Origin: an uncultured Verrucomicrobiae bacterium
GTDB taxonomy: Bacteria > Verrucomicrobiota > Verrucomicrobiia > Opitutales > JABDGR01
Assembly: GCA_963765205.1 (NCBI GenBank)
Contig: CAVXVB010000009.1
Span: forward strand, 64,001-128,000
DNA length: 64,000 nt
Direction: 5' to 3'
The notes under the pieces were generated by a model, which was not told the origin of the DNA, did no database searches, and saw only the letters and a program-made list of their open reading frames with translations. The position numbers were made by a program, and so were the translations under genes. This document shows, one piece after another, positions 50,003 through 59,291 of this stretch (position 1 is its first letter; each line of letters begins with the position of its first letter).

Positions 50003-52348
50003 TTATTTATTCTCGGCCACGGCGGTTGCTGGTTGGTTATTCGTGGCCCAACCGCTGTAGAAGAAACCCATCATGGTCGGAATGTATTCGTTGAATTCAT
50101 CAATGGTCAGGCTATTGAAATGGTTTGGAGTTATCACCCGGAGATTGCCGGTTTCGGAAAATTTTTTACTGGGGCCGGTGAGCTGGGTGAAACCAAAATC
50201 TTTCAGCCGCGCTTTGGCGGCGGCAAGGTCGGCGGGGTTGTAGTCCTCGTCCTGGGTTCCCGTCTCATAATACACCGCCATTTTGCCCGCGTTTTTCTTC
50301 ACCGCCGCGGTAAAGAAGCCGTCCGGAAAAGGCGTGGCGAGAGCCGCGAAGCCCGCAAACAAGTCCGGCCGTTCGCCTGCTACGGTGCCGGCGGCTCGAC
50401 CGCCCTCCAGCCCATATCCGGCGAGAATGACCTGCCGCGGGTTGACGCGGTCGTGCGCCACCGTGTCCGCAATAATGGCCGCGACCAAGTCGGTGTCACC
50501 CGGCCCCCCACCGCCAGCTTGGGCACCCTCGGAGACGGGCTCAGCTTCCGGCACCGCGACCATGAACGCGGGGCAGTATTGGACGAGATTCATCCAGTAT
50601 TTCGCGATGCTGTCCGCCGGGTCGCCACCCCCATGCAGGCAAATCAGCAGCGTGGCCCCTTTCCCAGTGGGCCAGCCGCCTTGGTCTGATTTCAAAAGAA
50701 GATAAGCCTCCTCCGGCTTCGCCAGGGTGCGCGTTTCCACCACGGGCGTGGTTGCGGCCATGGCCTTCCTTTGTCTGTCTGCTTCCACCTGGTCAAAAAA
50801 ATGCATCATGCGCGTGATCCGGTATTTGAATTCATCCGGGGTGAGGCCCTGGGCGGCGTCGAACCTTTCAATAAGGAAATTGGCAGGGAAAAAATCAGGC
50901 GGGGGCAGCGGTTCGCTTTGCTCCAGGCCATAAAATTCCCATTTTTGATGAAAATCGGGAGGGTAGGGATGGTATTCGAAGCCAAAATTTTGGAGCCGCG
51001 AGATGACGGGATTCACCACCTCCGGGAAGTCATCCTGCGTGGTGCTATAGGCATAATACACCGCCAGATTGGCCGCGTTTTTCCGCAAAGCTGGCGTGAA
51101 GAACGTGTCCGGCAGGCTCGCCCCGAAGGCGGCAAAACCGGAAAATAAATCCGGATGCTCGCCCATGATCCCGCCGCCCGCCGTGCCACCCGTGCCCGAG
51201 CCTGCCAGAATGACTTGCTGCGGATTGACGTGGTCGCGCGCCACGGTGTCCGCAATGATCGCCGTGACCAAGTCAGAGGCACCTGGTCCCCAGACCTTGC
51301 CTGGGGTGCTTTGGGTTGCTTCCGGCACCGCCACCACCACATCCGTGCGGCTCATCACCAGGTCGGTCCAGTTTTTCGCGAAATTGGCCGCGTTGTCGCC
51401 ATTGCCGTGCAGGCCAATCAGGAGGGTGGTTGCCTTCGTGGCGGGAAACTTTTTCCGGTCCGGGGTCAGGAAAATATAGGTTCCTTGCGCCTGCGGCAAC
51501 GTGCGCTGCTCCATCACCATGCTCTTCGCCAGCAGGCTCATCGTATCGGCCTCGGCCCGTTCCTGCGCTTTGTTCGCAGCCAGCACGCTGTCGAAGAACG
51601 TCATCATGTTCTTGGTCAATTGCTCAAAGATGGGCCTGGGGATGGCATGGCCGCCGTCGCGCCGGTCAATGTAAACATGGGTGAAGCCAAAATCTTTGAG
51701 CACGGAGATGCCAAAAGCGGCGCCCTCGACACTGCTGTCTTCCTTGGTCCCCACACTGATATATAATGCCATTTTTCCGGCATTTTTCTTCATCGCGGAC
51801 GACAAGAAACGGGCATCCATCCCCGAGATGCCCGCGAAACCCGCAAACAGGTCCGGGCGGGCGCCTACGATCACGCTGCCGTCCCCTCCACCCAGAGAGT
51901 AGCCCGCGAGGAAGACCCGCCTGGGGTTGACGTGGTAGTGCGCCACGGTGTCATCAATCATCTCGGTGATGACGGGCACGGTGGTCGAGTATGCGGTAAA
52001 TTCCGGCAACGCGACCACCACATCCGGGCGGCTGTCCACCAGCGCCATCCAGTTTTTTGCGAAATTGGCCGCGCTATCACCCAAGCCATGCAGGGCAATC
52101 ACCAGCGTGAAACCCTCGGCGGGGGCAAACTTGTGCTGGCCTGGTGTCAGCAAAACATAGTTGGGGGAATTTTCTTTCGCCAGCGGGCGCTCCTCCTCCA
52201 CCACATCGTAGTGGGGCGCCGGCGCCGGGGTCGCCGATTGCGGTGCGGTGGCTTGCTGCACCAAGGCCACCGCCCACGCCCGTCCTCCCGAGCCGGCCAG
52301 TAGCAGGGCGACCAGAAACCAGTCAAACCAGTGAAAATTTCTTTTCAC
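50003..52348 (-). CDS. secreted protein with three tandem alpha/beta-hydrolase (esterase-like) domains
   Basis: Signal peptide; three LHG.GD / DTVA...VNP..V.LAG / PDLF.GFA units; GYSLG only in domain 1. Confidence 0.85.
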   Translation of the reverse strand: MKRNFHWFDWFLVALLLAGSGGRAWAVALVQQATAPQSATPAPAPHYDVVEEERPLAKENSPNYVLLTPGQHKFAPAEGFTLVIALHGLGDSAANFAKNWMALVDSRPDVVVALPEFTAYSTTVPVITEMIDDTVAHYHVNPRRVFLAGYSLGGGDGSVIVGARPDLFAGFAGISGMDARFLSSAMKKNAGKMALYISVGTKEDSSVEGAAFGISVLKDFGFTHVYIDRRDGGHAIPRPIFEQLTKNMMTFFDSVLAANKAQERAEADTMSLLAKSMVMEQRTLPQAQGTYIFLTPDRKKFPATKATTLLIGLHGNGDNAANFAKNWTDLVMSRTDVVVAVPEATQSTPGKVWGPGASDLVTAIIADTVARDHVNPQQVILAGSGTGGTAGGGIMGEHPDLFSGFAAFGASLPDTFFTPALRKNAANLAVYYAYSTTQDDFPEVVNPVISRLQNFGFEYHPYPPDFHQKWEFYGLEQSEPLPPPDFFPANFLIERFDAAQGLTPDEFKYRITRMMHFFDQVEADRQRKAMAATTPVVETRTLAKPEEAYLLLKSDQGGWPTGKGATLLICLHGGGDPADSIAKYWMNLVQYCPAFMVAVPEAEPVSEGAQAGGGGPGDTDLVAAIIADTVAHDRVNPRQVILAGYGLEGGRAAGTVAGERPDLFAGFAALATPFPDGFFTAAVKKNAGKMAVYYETGTQDEDYNPADLAAAKARLKDFGFTQLTGPSKKFSETGNLRVITPNHFNSLTIDEFNEYIPTMMGFFYSGWATNNQPATAVAENK

Positions 52349-52457
52349 AAAATGGGGTGGGGGAGTTCAATTAGGCAATAGGATTCCCCGTCCGGAGGCA
52401 ACGCCCGATTTAGCCCCCGCCTCCCGACCCCAGTAACCCTCAAAAAGCAGTTTACTA

Positions 52458-52787
52458 TCAATCGCGGATGGTTCGTCACCCAACCGATCAAACCCATCCA
52501 ACGTATCCAACCGAGCCAACGTATCGCTGGCATGGTTGGTTATTTTCGGTTATACTGCTCGCCATGAATCCACCGCCCCACCACCAGCCCAGCATGTCTT
52601 TGTCCGCGTTCCTACGCTCGGTGAAAAATCACCCCCCCCCCCCCCCCCCCCCCCCCCACGTCGCGAACCACGCGGCAAACAAAACCCTGTTTTGAAACTC
52701 CTTTTCACCGCCAAGACGCCAAGAACATCAAGAGGGCTCTCACGCAAAAATCCCTCTCAGTGCCCTTCGCGACTTTGCGGTGAATCA
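52458..52787 (+). repeat. ~330-bp direct repeat, copy 2 (C26 tract)
   Basis: Aligns end to end with 49640-49970. Confidence 0.95.
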
Positions 52788-52864
52788 TTTCAGGTCTTAA
52801 AACACCGCCGACCCCGCCTTCAATTCATTTTGCATTTTGCATTTTCCATTCTACAGTCCCCTCC

Positions 52865-54238
52865 ATGCTCGACCCCCTGCAAGTCCTCTCCGACTACGTG
52901 CGCTTCCCCAGCGTGTCCGCCGACCCCGCGTTTCGCGACGGCCTGGCCGGCGCGCGGCAATTTGCCGCCGGCGTGCTCGAATCCCTCGGCTTCAAGGTCG
53001 AGATCGTGCCGACCGGCCTGCATCCCATCATCCTCGCCGAGCGCGGCGGCGACCGCGCCTGGCCCCACGTCATCATCTACGGCCACTACGACGTGCAGCC
53101 CCCCGACCCCCTCGACAAGTGGACTACGCCCGCCTTCGACCCCGTCGTGCGCGGGCGCCGTCTCTATGGCCGCGGCACGGCGGACAACAAAGGCCCGCAG
53201 GCCGTCCAGTTCGCGGCGCTCGCGCGCGTCTTCGCGGAAAACCCCGACCTGCCCCTGCGCATCACCTTCCTCATCGAAGGCGAGGAGGAAATCGGCAGCC
53301 CCAGCTTCGCCGAGTTTTTACGGAAGCACCGCGACCGCCTCCGCGAGGCGAATCTGGTTTTGCTCTCCGACACCGGCAGCCCCAACCCCGAGCAAATCGT
53401 CATCACCACCGGCCTGCGCGGGCTGACCGGCCTCGAAGTCACCGTCACCGGCCCGCGCACGGACCTCCACTCCGGCATCCACGGCGGCGCGCTCCTCAAT
53501 CCCATTCAGGCCCTCTGTGAACTCTGCGCGGGGCTGCACGCGCCCGATGGCCGCGTCAACATCCCCGGCTTTTACGACGACGTGCGCGAGCCGGCGCAAT
53601 GGGAGCGCGACGAACTGGCGAAATACCCGCGCACGCTGGAAGACTACAAGCAATTCCTCGGCGTCTCGCAGTTCTACACCGCGCCCGGCTGCTCGGCGCT
53701 CGAAGCCGTGCGCTTCGGGCCGACGCTCGACTTCAACGGCATCGGCGGCGGCTACCAGGGCGAAGGCTCGAAGACCGTAATCCCCAGCAAGGCCTTCGCC
53801 AAAATCACCATGCGCCTCGTGCCCGACCAGAAGGCCGAAGTCATCCGCGACCTGCTCGAAAAAACGCTGCGCCACCGCTGCCCGCCCGGCATCAAGCTGG
53901 AATTCGGCCTCAAGGAAGGCGGCTCGCCCTACGCCGTCGTGCCGCCCGGCCACCCCAACACCCCGCCCGACCAGTCGCCGGTGCTCGCCCGCGCCTTTGC
54001 GGCCGCCGACGCCGCCATCACGGAATGTTTCGGCAAAAAACCCCTCTACCTGCGCGAAGGCGGCAGCGTCCCCATCATCGGCCAAATCAAACAGCAAACC
54101 GGCCTCGACTCGCTCATGATCGGCCTCTTCACCCCCGAAGACAACCTCCACGCCCCCGACGAAAGCTTCTCCCTGGATATTCTGGAACGCGGCGTGAACA
54201 CCTACGCGAAATTGCTCAAAGGGCTGGCGGGGTTGTGA
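52865..54238 (+). CDS. M20-family dipeptidase
   Basis: YGHYDVQP, GRGTADNKG, EGEEEIGS, DLHSG, GGSVP, NLHAPDE. Confidence 0.95.
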   Translation: MLDPLQVLSDYVRFPSVSADPAFRDGLAGARQFAAGVLESLGFKVEIVPTGLHPIILAERGGDRAWPHVIIYGHYDVQPPDPLDKWTTPAFDPVVRGRRLYGRGTADNKGPQAVQFAALARVFAENPDLPLRITFLIEGEEEIGSPSFAEFLRKHRDRLREANLVLLSDTGSPNPEQIVITTGLRGLTGLEVTVTGPRTDLHSGIHGGALLNPIQALCELCAGLHAPDGRVNIPGFYDDVREPAQWERDELAKYPRTLEDYKQFLGVSQFYTAPGCSALEAVRFGPTLDFNGIGGGYQGEGSKTVIPSKAFAKITMRLVPDQKAEVIRDLLEKTLRHRCPPGIKLEFGLKEGGSPYAVVPPGHPNTPPDQSPVLARAFAAADAAITECFGKKPLYLREGGSVPIIGQIKQQTGLDSLMIGLFTPEDNLHAPDESFSLDILERGVNTYAKLLKGLAGL

Positions 54239-54457
54239 GGAAAAAACCAGGTGTCGGAGGCGCGCAAGAGGTCTGAAAACCCCATGATTTTTGGTATTGC
54301 CAACGCCCGCGCGCGTGGCAAAATGCCTCCCGGAAGCGGAGGAAATTCGGCTCATGTCATTGGTAAATTGTCAGTTGATGAAAAAATCAGGGACAGTTTG
54401 AAATCCGATAACGGAAACAAGACAGGCCACTCCCCCCCAAAAAAAGCTCAGAAGTAT

Positions 54458-54934
54458 ATGGAAAACAAGATGTTCGTCGGCAATCTCTCGTGGGATGCCG
54501 TGGAAGATGATCTGCAGGAACTGTTCAGCAAAGCCGGCACGGTCACAGAAGTGGCTGTCATGCGCGACCGTTTTACGGGCCGCGCGCGCGGTTTTGCTTT
54601 CGTGACGATGTCAACGGCTGAAGAAGCCGCCGAGGCCATTCGCCAGTTCGAAAACCAGGAGTTCATGGGCCGGCCCCTCAAGGTCAATATCGCCCGCCCG
54701 AAGGAAGAGCGCGCGCCCTATAGCGGTGGTGGCGGCGGCGGTTACGGTGGCGGCCATGGTGGCGGTCACGGTGGCGGCGGCGGCTACGGTGGTGGTGGCC
54801 AGCGCAAGTCCTTCGATCGTCGTCGCTCCTTCAGCCGCGGTGGCGGCGGTGGTGGTGGCGGTTACGATCGCGGCGGCGGCGGTGGCGGCTATGACCGTGG
54901 TGGTGGCGGCGAAGGCGGCGGCGAGCAGTATTAA
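54458..54934 (+). CDS. RRM RNA-binding protein with a Gly-rich tail
   Basis: RNP2 MFVGNL, RNP1 RGFAFVTM, LKVNIARP; GGGY/RGG tail. Confidence 0.95.
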   Translation: MENKMFVGNLSWDAVEDDLQELFSKAGTVTEVAVMRDRFTGRARGFAFVTMSTAEEAAEAIRQFENQEFMGRPLKVNIARPKEERAPYSGGGGGGYGGGHGGGHGGGGGYGGGGQRKSFDRRRSFSRGGGGGGGGYDRGGGGGGYDRGGGGEGGGEQY

Positions 54935-55145
54935 GCAATCGTATTCCACACTCGAGGCGGCCGCCCATTAGGAGGCCCGCGGGTGATCAACGCCAGGGCC
55001 CGTCGCCTTGGTGCCATGGAATGTTTTCCAATTCAAGCCGGTCTGGGCCTCGCGTCCGGACCGGCTTTGTGTTCGGCGGATGGGGGGTGCCATGGCGTTA
55101 TGGTAATACAAATGCTCGCCACTTGGATAACGGGAACACCAGGAT

Positions 55146-56522
55146 TTAAGCAGATTTGGAAGTTATCTTTGCCAGATGTAATGCCAGGCGGGCGAGGGTT
55201 TGCCGGCCGCCTTCCACCGTGCCGTATTCACGGGCGACGTAATCGCGGTCAGCGGTGGTGGGGTAGACTTGACGGATGGTCGCTTTGGTTTTTTTACCCT
55301 GCTTTTCGAAAATCCACCTCATTTCAAAATTCACGACCTTGGCGCCCTTCTTGCCGCCGCCGTGGGAAAAAACGATGCGCTCGGGTTTGACTACGTCGGT
55401 AAATGCGCTTTGGTTGGGGTAGTCAGTGCCGTCGGGACCGTGCATGATGTATTTCCAGACCCCGCCTGGTCGCACGTCCATTTTCTCGATGGTGGTGGCA
55501 AAGCCGTTTGGCCCCCACCATTCCACGATCTGTTTGGGATCCGTCCAGGCGCTCCACACCAACTCGCACGGTGCATCCACAACCCGGGTGATCACGATTT
55601 CGCGGTCGGCGGTGTCCGCTTCCGCAGTTATTTCCACAAATTTCCTTAGATTTTCGCCAATGATCGCCGTCCAACCCTTGACGAAATTTTCGCGGGCGAA
55701 GGAGGGAGTCTTGGGGAAGGTCTCAATGCCCGCATGGGTCAACCGCACTTTTGTCTTTTGGCCCACGGCCCCTAATTCAATGGTGACTAGGGAATCGCCC
55801 GGATGCCCCTCATACCGCCAGGTGTAGGCCAGTTTTTTTTCGGGGATGACTTTCGTGATTTTGCACCGGTGCAAAAATCGGGCACCTTCGTGTTCGACAT
55901 CCATCTCAAAGGCAAAACCCACTACCGGTTTGAATTCCTTGATGTCGAACGACCATTGCTGCATGGCCTCCTTATTCGTGAGGGCCGCCCACACTTTAGC
56001 CACGGGCGCCGCGAACGTCCGCTCGACGACGACCCGCTCGTTTTTCACCGCCAAAAGTTCGTCGAGACGCTCCAGGCTTTGCGTCATACCTGCTTCAAAT
56101 CCGCCGATATACTTGTTGGCTTCCGCAGTGGTTTTCATCACTTGGGACCGGATCGTGAGCAGAGTTTGGCCGCGCCGTTCGACAAACGTGACGGTGTGCA
56201 AAAACTCAAACAGCAGTTTGCCTTTTTCATTCAAAGCGCCGCTGGTGAACACCAGCCGTTCGGGCGCGGCAATTTCGCGGAACTCCCCGCCCATGGGATG
56301 ATCCGCCCCGTTGGGCGCACGCATGACCACATGAATGGTCTGCCCCGGCCGCGCGTCCCACTCGCACACGGGATTGGTAAATCCGCGCGGCCCCCACCAT
56401 TGCGCCAGCTGGGCGGGGTCGGTCCAAGCGCGCCACACTCGCTCGCGCGGAGCGGCGAACTGGCGCGTGATGACAAATTCTCGGCCCAGGTAATCTTCGG
56501 TGGGTTTGTTTTTTTTGCTCAC
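55146..56522 (-). CDS. protein with three tandem SRPBCC (AHSA1-like) domains
   Basis: Three R...AP...VW.A.T units, two with WWGP.GF; GTG start overlaps the arsR stop. Confidence 0.88.
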   Translation of the reverse strand: MSKKNKPTEDYLGREFVITRQFAAPRERVWRAWTDPAQLAQWWGPRGFTNPVCEWDARPGQTIHVVMRAPNGADHPMGGEFREIAAPERLVFTSGALNEKGKLLFEFLHTVTFVERRGQTLLTIRSQVMKTTAEANKYIGGFEAGMTQSLERLDELLAVKNERVVVERTFAAPVAKVWAALTNKEAMQQWSFDIKEFKPVVGFAFEMDVEHEGARFLHRCKITKVIPEKKLAYTWRYEGHPGDSLVTIELGAVGQKTKVRLTHAGIETFPKTPSFARENFVKGWTAIIGENLRKFVEITAEADTADREIVITRVVDAPCELVWSAWTDPKQIVEWWGPNGFATTIEKMDVRPGGVWKYIMHGPDGTDYPNQSAFTDVVKPERIVFSHGGGKKGAKVVNFEMRWIFEKQGKKTKATIRQVYPTTADRDYVAREYGTVEGGRQTLARLALHLAKITSKSA

Positions 56523-56857
56523 GTTTTTTTCTCCTTCTTTTGCAATTCCATCAGATAATTGTCCAACCGGTCCAAACTCTGTTCCCAGAAACGCCGGTAG
56601 TGTTCGACCCAGTCCGCCGCTTCTTTGAGCGGCAGGGCTTCCAGACGGCAGGGTCGCCATTGCGCCTCCCGCCCACGGCGAATCAACCCGCCGCGCTCAA
56701 GCACCTTGAGGTGTTTGGACACGGCGGGCAGGCTCATCTCGAACGGTTCGGCCAAGTCCGTGACCGAAAACTCACCCAAAGCGAGCCGGCTCAGGATGGC
56801 GCGCCGCGTGGGATCCGCAAGGGCCGCAAAGGTAATGCTGAGCTGATCGGGCTGCAT
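56519..56857 (-). CDS. ArsR/SmtB-family transcriptional regulator
   Basis: FAALADPTRRAIL, AVSKHLKVLE..GLI, WEQSLDRL. Confidence 0.95.
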   Translation of the reverse strand: MQPDQLSITFAALADPTRRAILSRLALGEFSVTDLAEPFEMSLPAVSKHLKVLERGGLIRRGREAQWRPCRLEALPLKEAADWVEHYRRFWEQSLDRLDNYLMELQKKEKKT

Positions 56858-56881
56858 GAGGCAGTGGATTTTCACATCTAA

Positions 56882-56897
56882 TTAACCGTTAAGTTAA
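56882..56897. promoter_or_regulatory. probable ArsR operator
   Basis: TTAAC-N6-GTTAA palindrome about 25 bp upstream of the arsR start. Confidence 0.55.
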
Positions 56898-57005
56898 ATA
56901 ATGATCGGTTTTTGTCAAACCAAATTCTTTGATGGAATTCCACGGCGTCTCTCTGGTTGAGGTTTTGTTTTTTCGCCCTTACGGGGCGAAGGAACCCGCC
57001 CAAGC

Positions 57006-57262
57006 TTGCTTCGGCAGCAGCCGGAAAGAATTGCAAGCGTGCTTGAGGACATGGGCTATTATGTTTATATCGTGAAGGAGCAGCCAGATCGCCTCGGAGA
57101 AAGCGTTCTTCAAAAGGTGCTTCGCTATGCTCTGCTTTCAAGATTTGTGATTATTGAGAATACAAAGGCATCTGGCCATCTCTATGAAATACCTCACGTA
57201 ACGAAGATGGCGGAATGCGTAACTGCCATACTTCAAGAAAAAGGCAAAGGCGCAACTTGGAT
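57006..57262 (+). pseudogene. AT-rich gene fragment cut by IS1595
   Basis: Protein-like frame (..LEDMGYYVYIVKE..SRFVIIENT..GHLYE..) with no good start, running head-on into the truncated transposase. Confidence 0.5.
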
Positions 57263-57960
57263 GCCTTCGCTATGGTTCACAGCTTCATGCTTAAAGCCTT
57301 CCGCCGTCAGGGTGTTGTAAGAGGGCAATTCGTCGGTTGCGGCCGTGCTGCCTTGCGAGACATTGGAAACGATGTTGGGCATCAGCGTGACGCGGCGCAC
57401 GTTGGGCGCGGTCTTGGCGATAACCTTGCCACCGCGTTGCAACAGCCCCATGACGGCGGTCTTGCCCGCCGCGCCGCGCCCCCGCTTGCCCTTCCGCACG
57501 CCGCCAACATAGGTTTCATCGGCCTCAATAATGCCGGAAAGCGGGCTGTTTTTGTCCTCCATGAGCTTGCGGATTTGCTGGGCCATGCGCCACGCGCACT
57601 TATACGTCACGCCAAGCTGCCGTTCAAGTTCCTTGGCCGAAATGCCGTTTTTGGACACGCCAATGAGATACATCGCCAAGAACCACGATTTGAGCGGGGT
57701 TGGGGACTTGTGGAAGATAGTCCCCGCCGTGGGGCAGATTTGATGCCCGCAGGCGCACGAATAGACCCGGCGCGTGGTCAGGGGGTAGTAACTGTCCTTG
57801 CGGCCACAGACCGGGCATTGCGAGCCTTTGGCGAAACGCAGGGCGAAGATATGCGCCAAGCAATCGGCGTCGGTCTTAAACTGGGCGTGGAAGTGTTTGA
57901 CGTTGTATTTCATGCCCCCAATATAGCCCAACTTCTACATGAATTCAAGGGATAATTACC
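57262..57960 (-). mobile_element. truncated IS1595-family element (transposase start 57913)
   Basis: Zn ribbon CPVC...CACG, GISAKELER HTH, EADETYVGG, TDE, VNHS, then an abrupt break; candidate end ggtaattatccc at 57960. Confidence 0.85.
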
Positions 57961-58133
57961 TAAATTTTTGCCATGTAATTTCGACAACGGCACCAACCCC
58001 TGGTCATCAGCATTTAGGCACGGCAGTCCTTATTTTTGCGGTCGGTAGATTGGAGGCAGATTCCCTTCTATTCACGATTCTGCGGTGCGATGCCTTAAAA
58101 TAGCATCGTAACATCATTGGTTTGTGATTCTCG

Positions 58134-58550
58134 TTATCGGTGGCCTTCATCGGGGGGGCGCCAGCCCCGTGGATATTGTCGAACCACCGTATCGTGGTGA
58201 TTGGCGGGAGAATCGTGAAAGTCCATCCTTACGGAAGGCGAGCCCAGCAACACATCAAAGGAAACGCCGGGCACCGCCGGACCCGTCACCCACGCACCAC
58301 CGTGCATATACCAGTAAACATGGGTGGAAGGGCTGTAATAAACCTCATAGCCCGGGTAATACACGTAGTCGTCCTCGACCACAACCGGGACTGGAGGTGC
58401 AGCTACGACCACGGCAGCCGGTTGGGGCGGCGGGGATGCAGCATTAACCGGGGGTGGCACCGCCGGTTTGCAGCCAGCGAGCAAAGTTATGAACACCACC
58501 GCAAGCCCAGAGCGTGCTGGCTCGTTCAGGAAATTAGTTTTGGCATTCAT
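58134..58550 (-). CDS. putative lipoprotein, Pro/Tyr/Trp-rich
   Basis: Lipobox LAGC; DDYVYYPGYEVYYS...YWY..GGAW. Confidence 0.7.
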   Translation of the reverse strand: MNAKTNFLNEPARSGLAVVFITLLAGCKPAVPPPVNAASPPPQPAAVVVAAPPVPVVVEDDYVYYPGYEVYYSPSTHVYWYMHGGAWVTGPAVPGVSFDVLLGSPSVRMDFHDSPANHHDTVVRQYPRGWRPPDEGHR

Positions 58551-58646
58551 CGTAGTAATATATGCTAGACAAATCAGGCTGCCACTGGGGTAAAACCCGC
58601 CCGAAGACATTAACCGCCTAATGCCCCAAGTCCGTCCGCGACGGCG

Positions 58647-59291
58647 TCAAACATGGGCGGTCGTGGCCGTTGTTGTCCCGGTTCCCGCCGGCGGTGTCTG
58701 CTGGGCTCCTGGTGTAACGGGCGGCGGATTACCGGGAACTACCGGAGTGGGGGGCTGCTGACTAGGAAATGGAGGCACCGGCTGCGGAGCAGGCGGAATC
58801 GGCGTTGGCACTGGCGGATTGACCGGCGGAGGTTGCGCCCCAGGAAGAACAGGGGCCGGCGTGGTGGCGGGCGGCAGGGGAGAGGGGAACCCGGGATTTA
58901 TCGGTGCGTTCGGAAAGCCGGGATTAACCGGCATGGCCGGGTAGCCCGGGCTTCCTGTAGAGGCCGGGTAACCAGGATTTCCATTTTGGACATTGGTTCC
59001 GGAGTTTACGGTTCCATTCACAAAGGTCGAGTTGGCCGTATTATTGGCCCCCGGCGTCACGGTAGTCGAACCGCCCGCGTTGGCATTAGTCCCGGTGCTT
59101 AAATCCGGGGTGGCGCCGTTGAAATTGGCCGTGGCGGCAGAATTGGATGAATTAGTCCCCGAGGCTGCGCCGGTCGAACCGCTCGCGCTACCCGTGGTGG
59201 CCGGAGCGGCGGCGGCGGCCGCGCGGACGTTTACAATGTTTAAAGCGAGCCAGGCGATAACAACCAACCGCGATTCCAATGTGGCTTTCAT
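58647..59291 (-). CDS. secreted low-complexity Thr/Asn/Pro-rich protein
   Basis: Signal-like N-terminus; NPG(Y/F)P repeats; poly-Pro segments. Confidence 0.65.
   Translation of the reverse strand: MKATLESRLVVIAWLALNIVNVRAAAAAAPATTGSASGSTGAASGTNSSNSAATANFNGATPDLSTGTNANAGGSTTVTPGANNTANSTFVNGTVNSGTNVQNGNPGYPASTGSPGYPAMPVNPGFPNAPINPGFPSPLPPATTPAPVLPGAQPPPVNPPVPTPIPPAPQPVPPFPSQQPPTPVVPGNPPPVTPGAQQTPPAGTGTTTATTAHV

Noticed and set aside
49640..52787. CRISPR array or composite transposon explanation for the direct repeats
   Set aside because: Only two long copies, no repeat-spacer periodicity, no cas genes and no transposase inside the repeats.
54720..54930. GGY-rich trinucleotide repeats
   Set aside because: Explained by the Gly-rich tail of the RRM protein.
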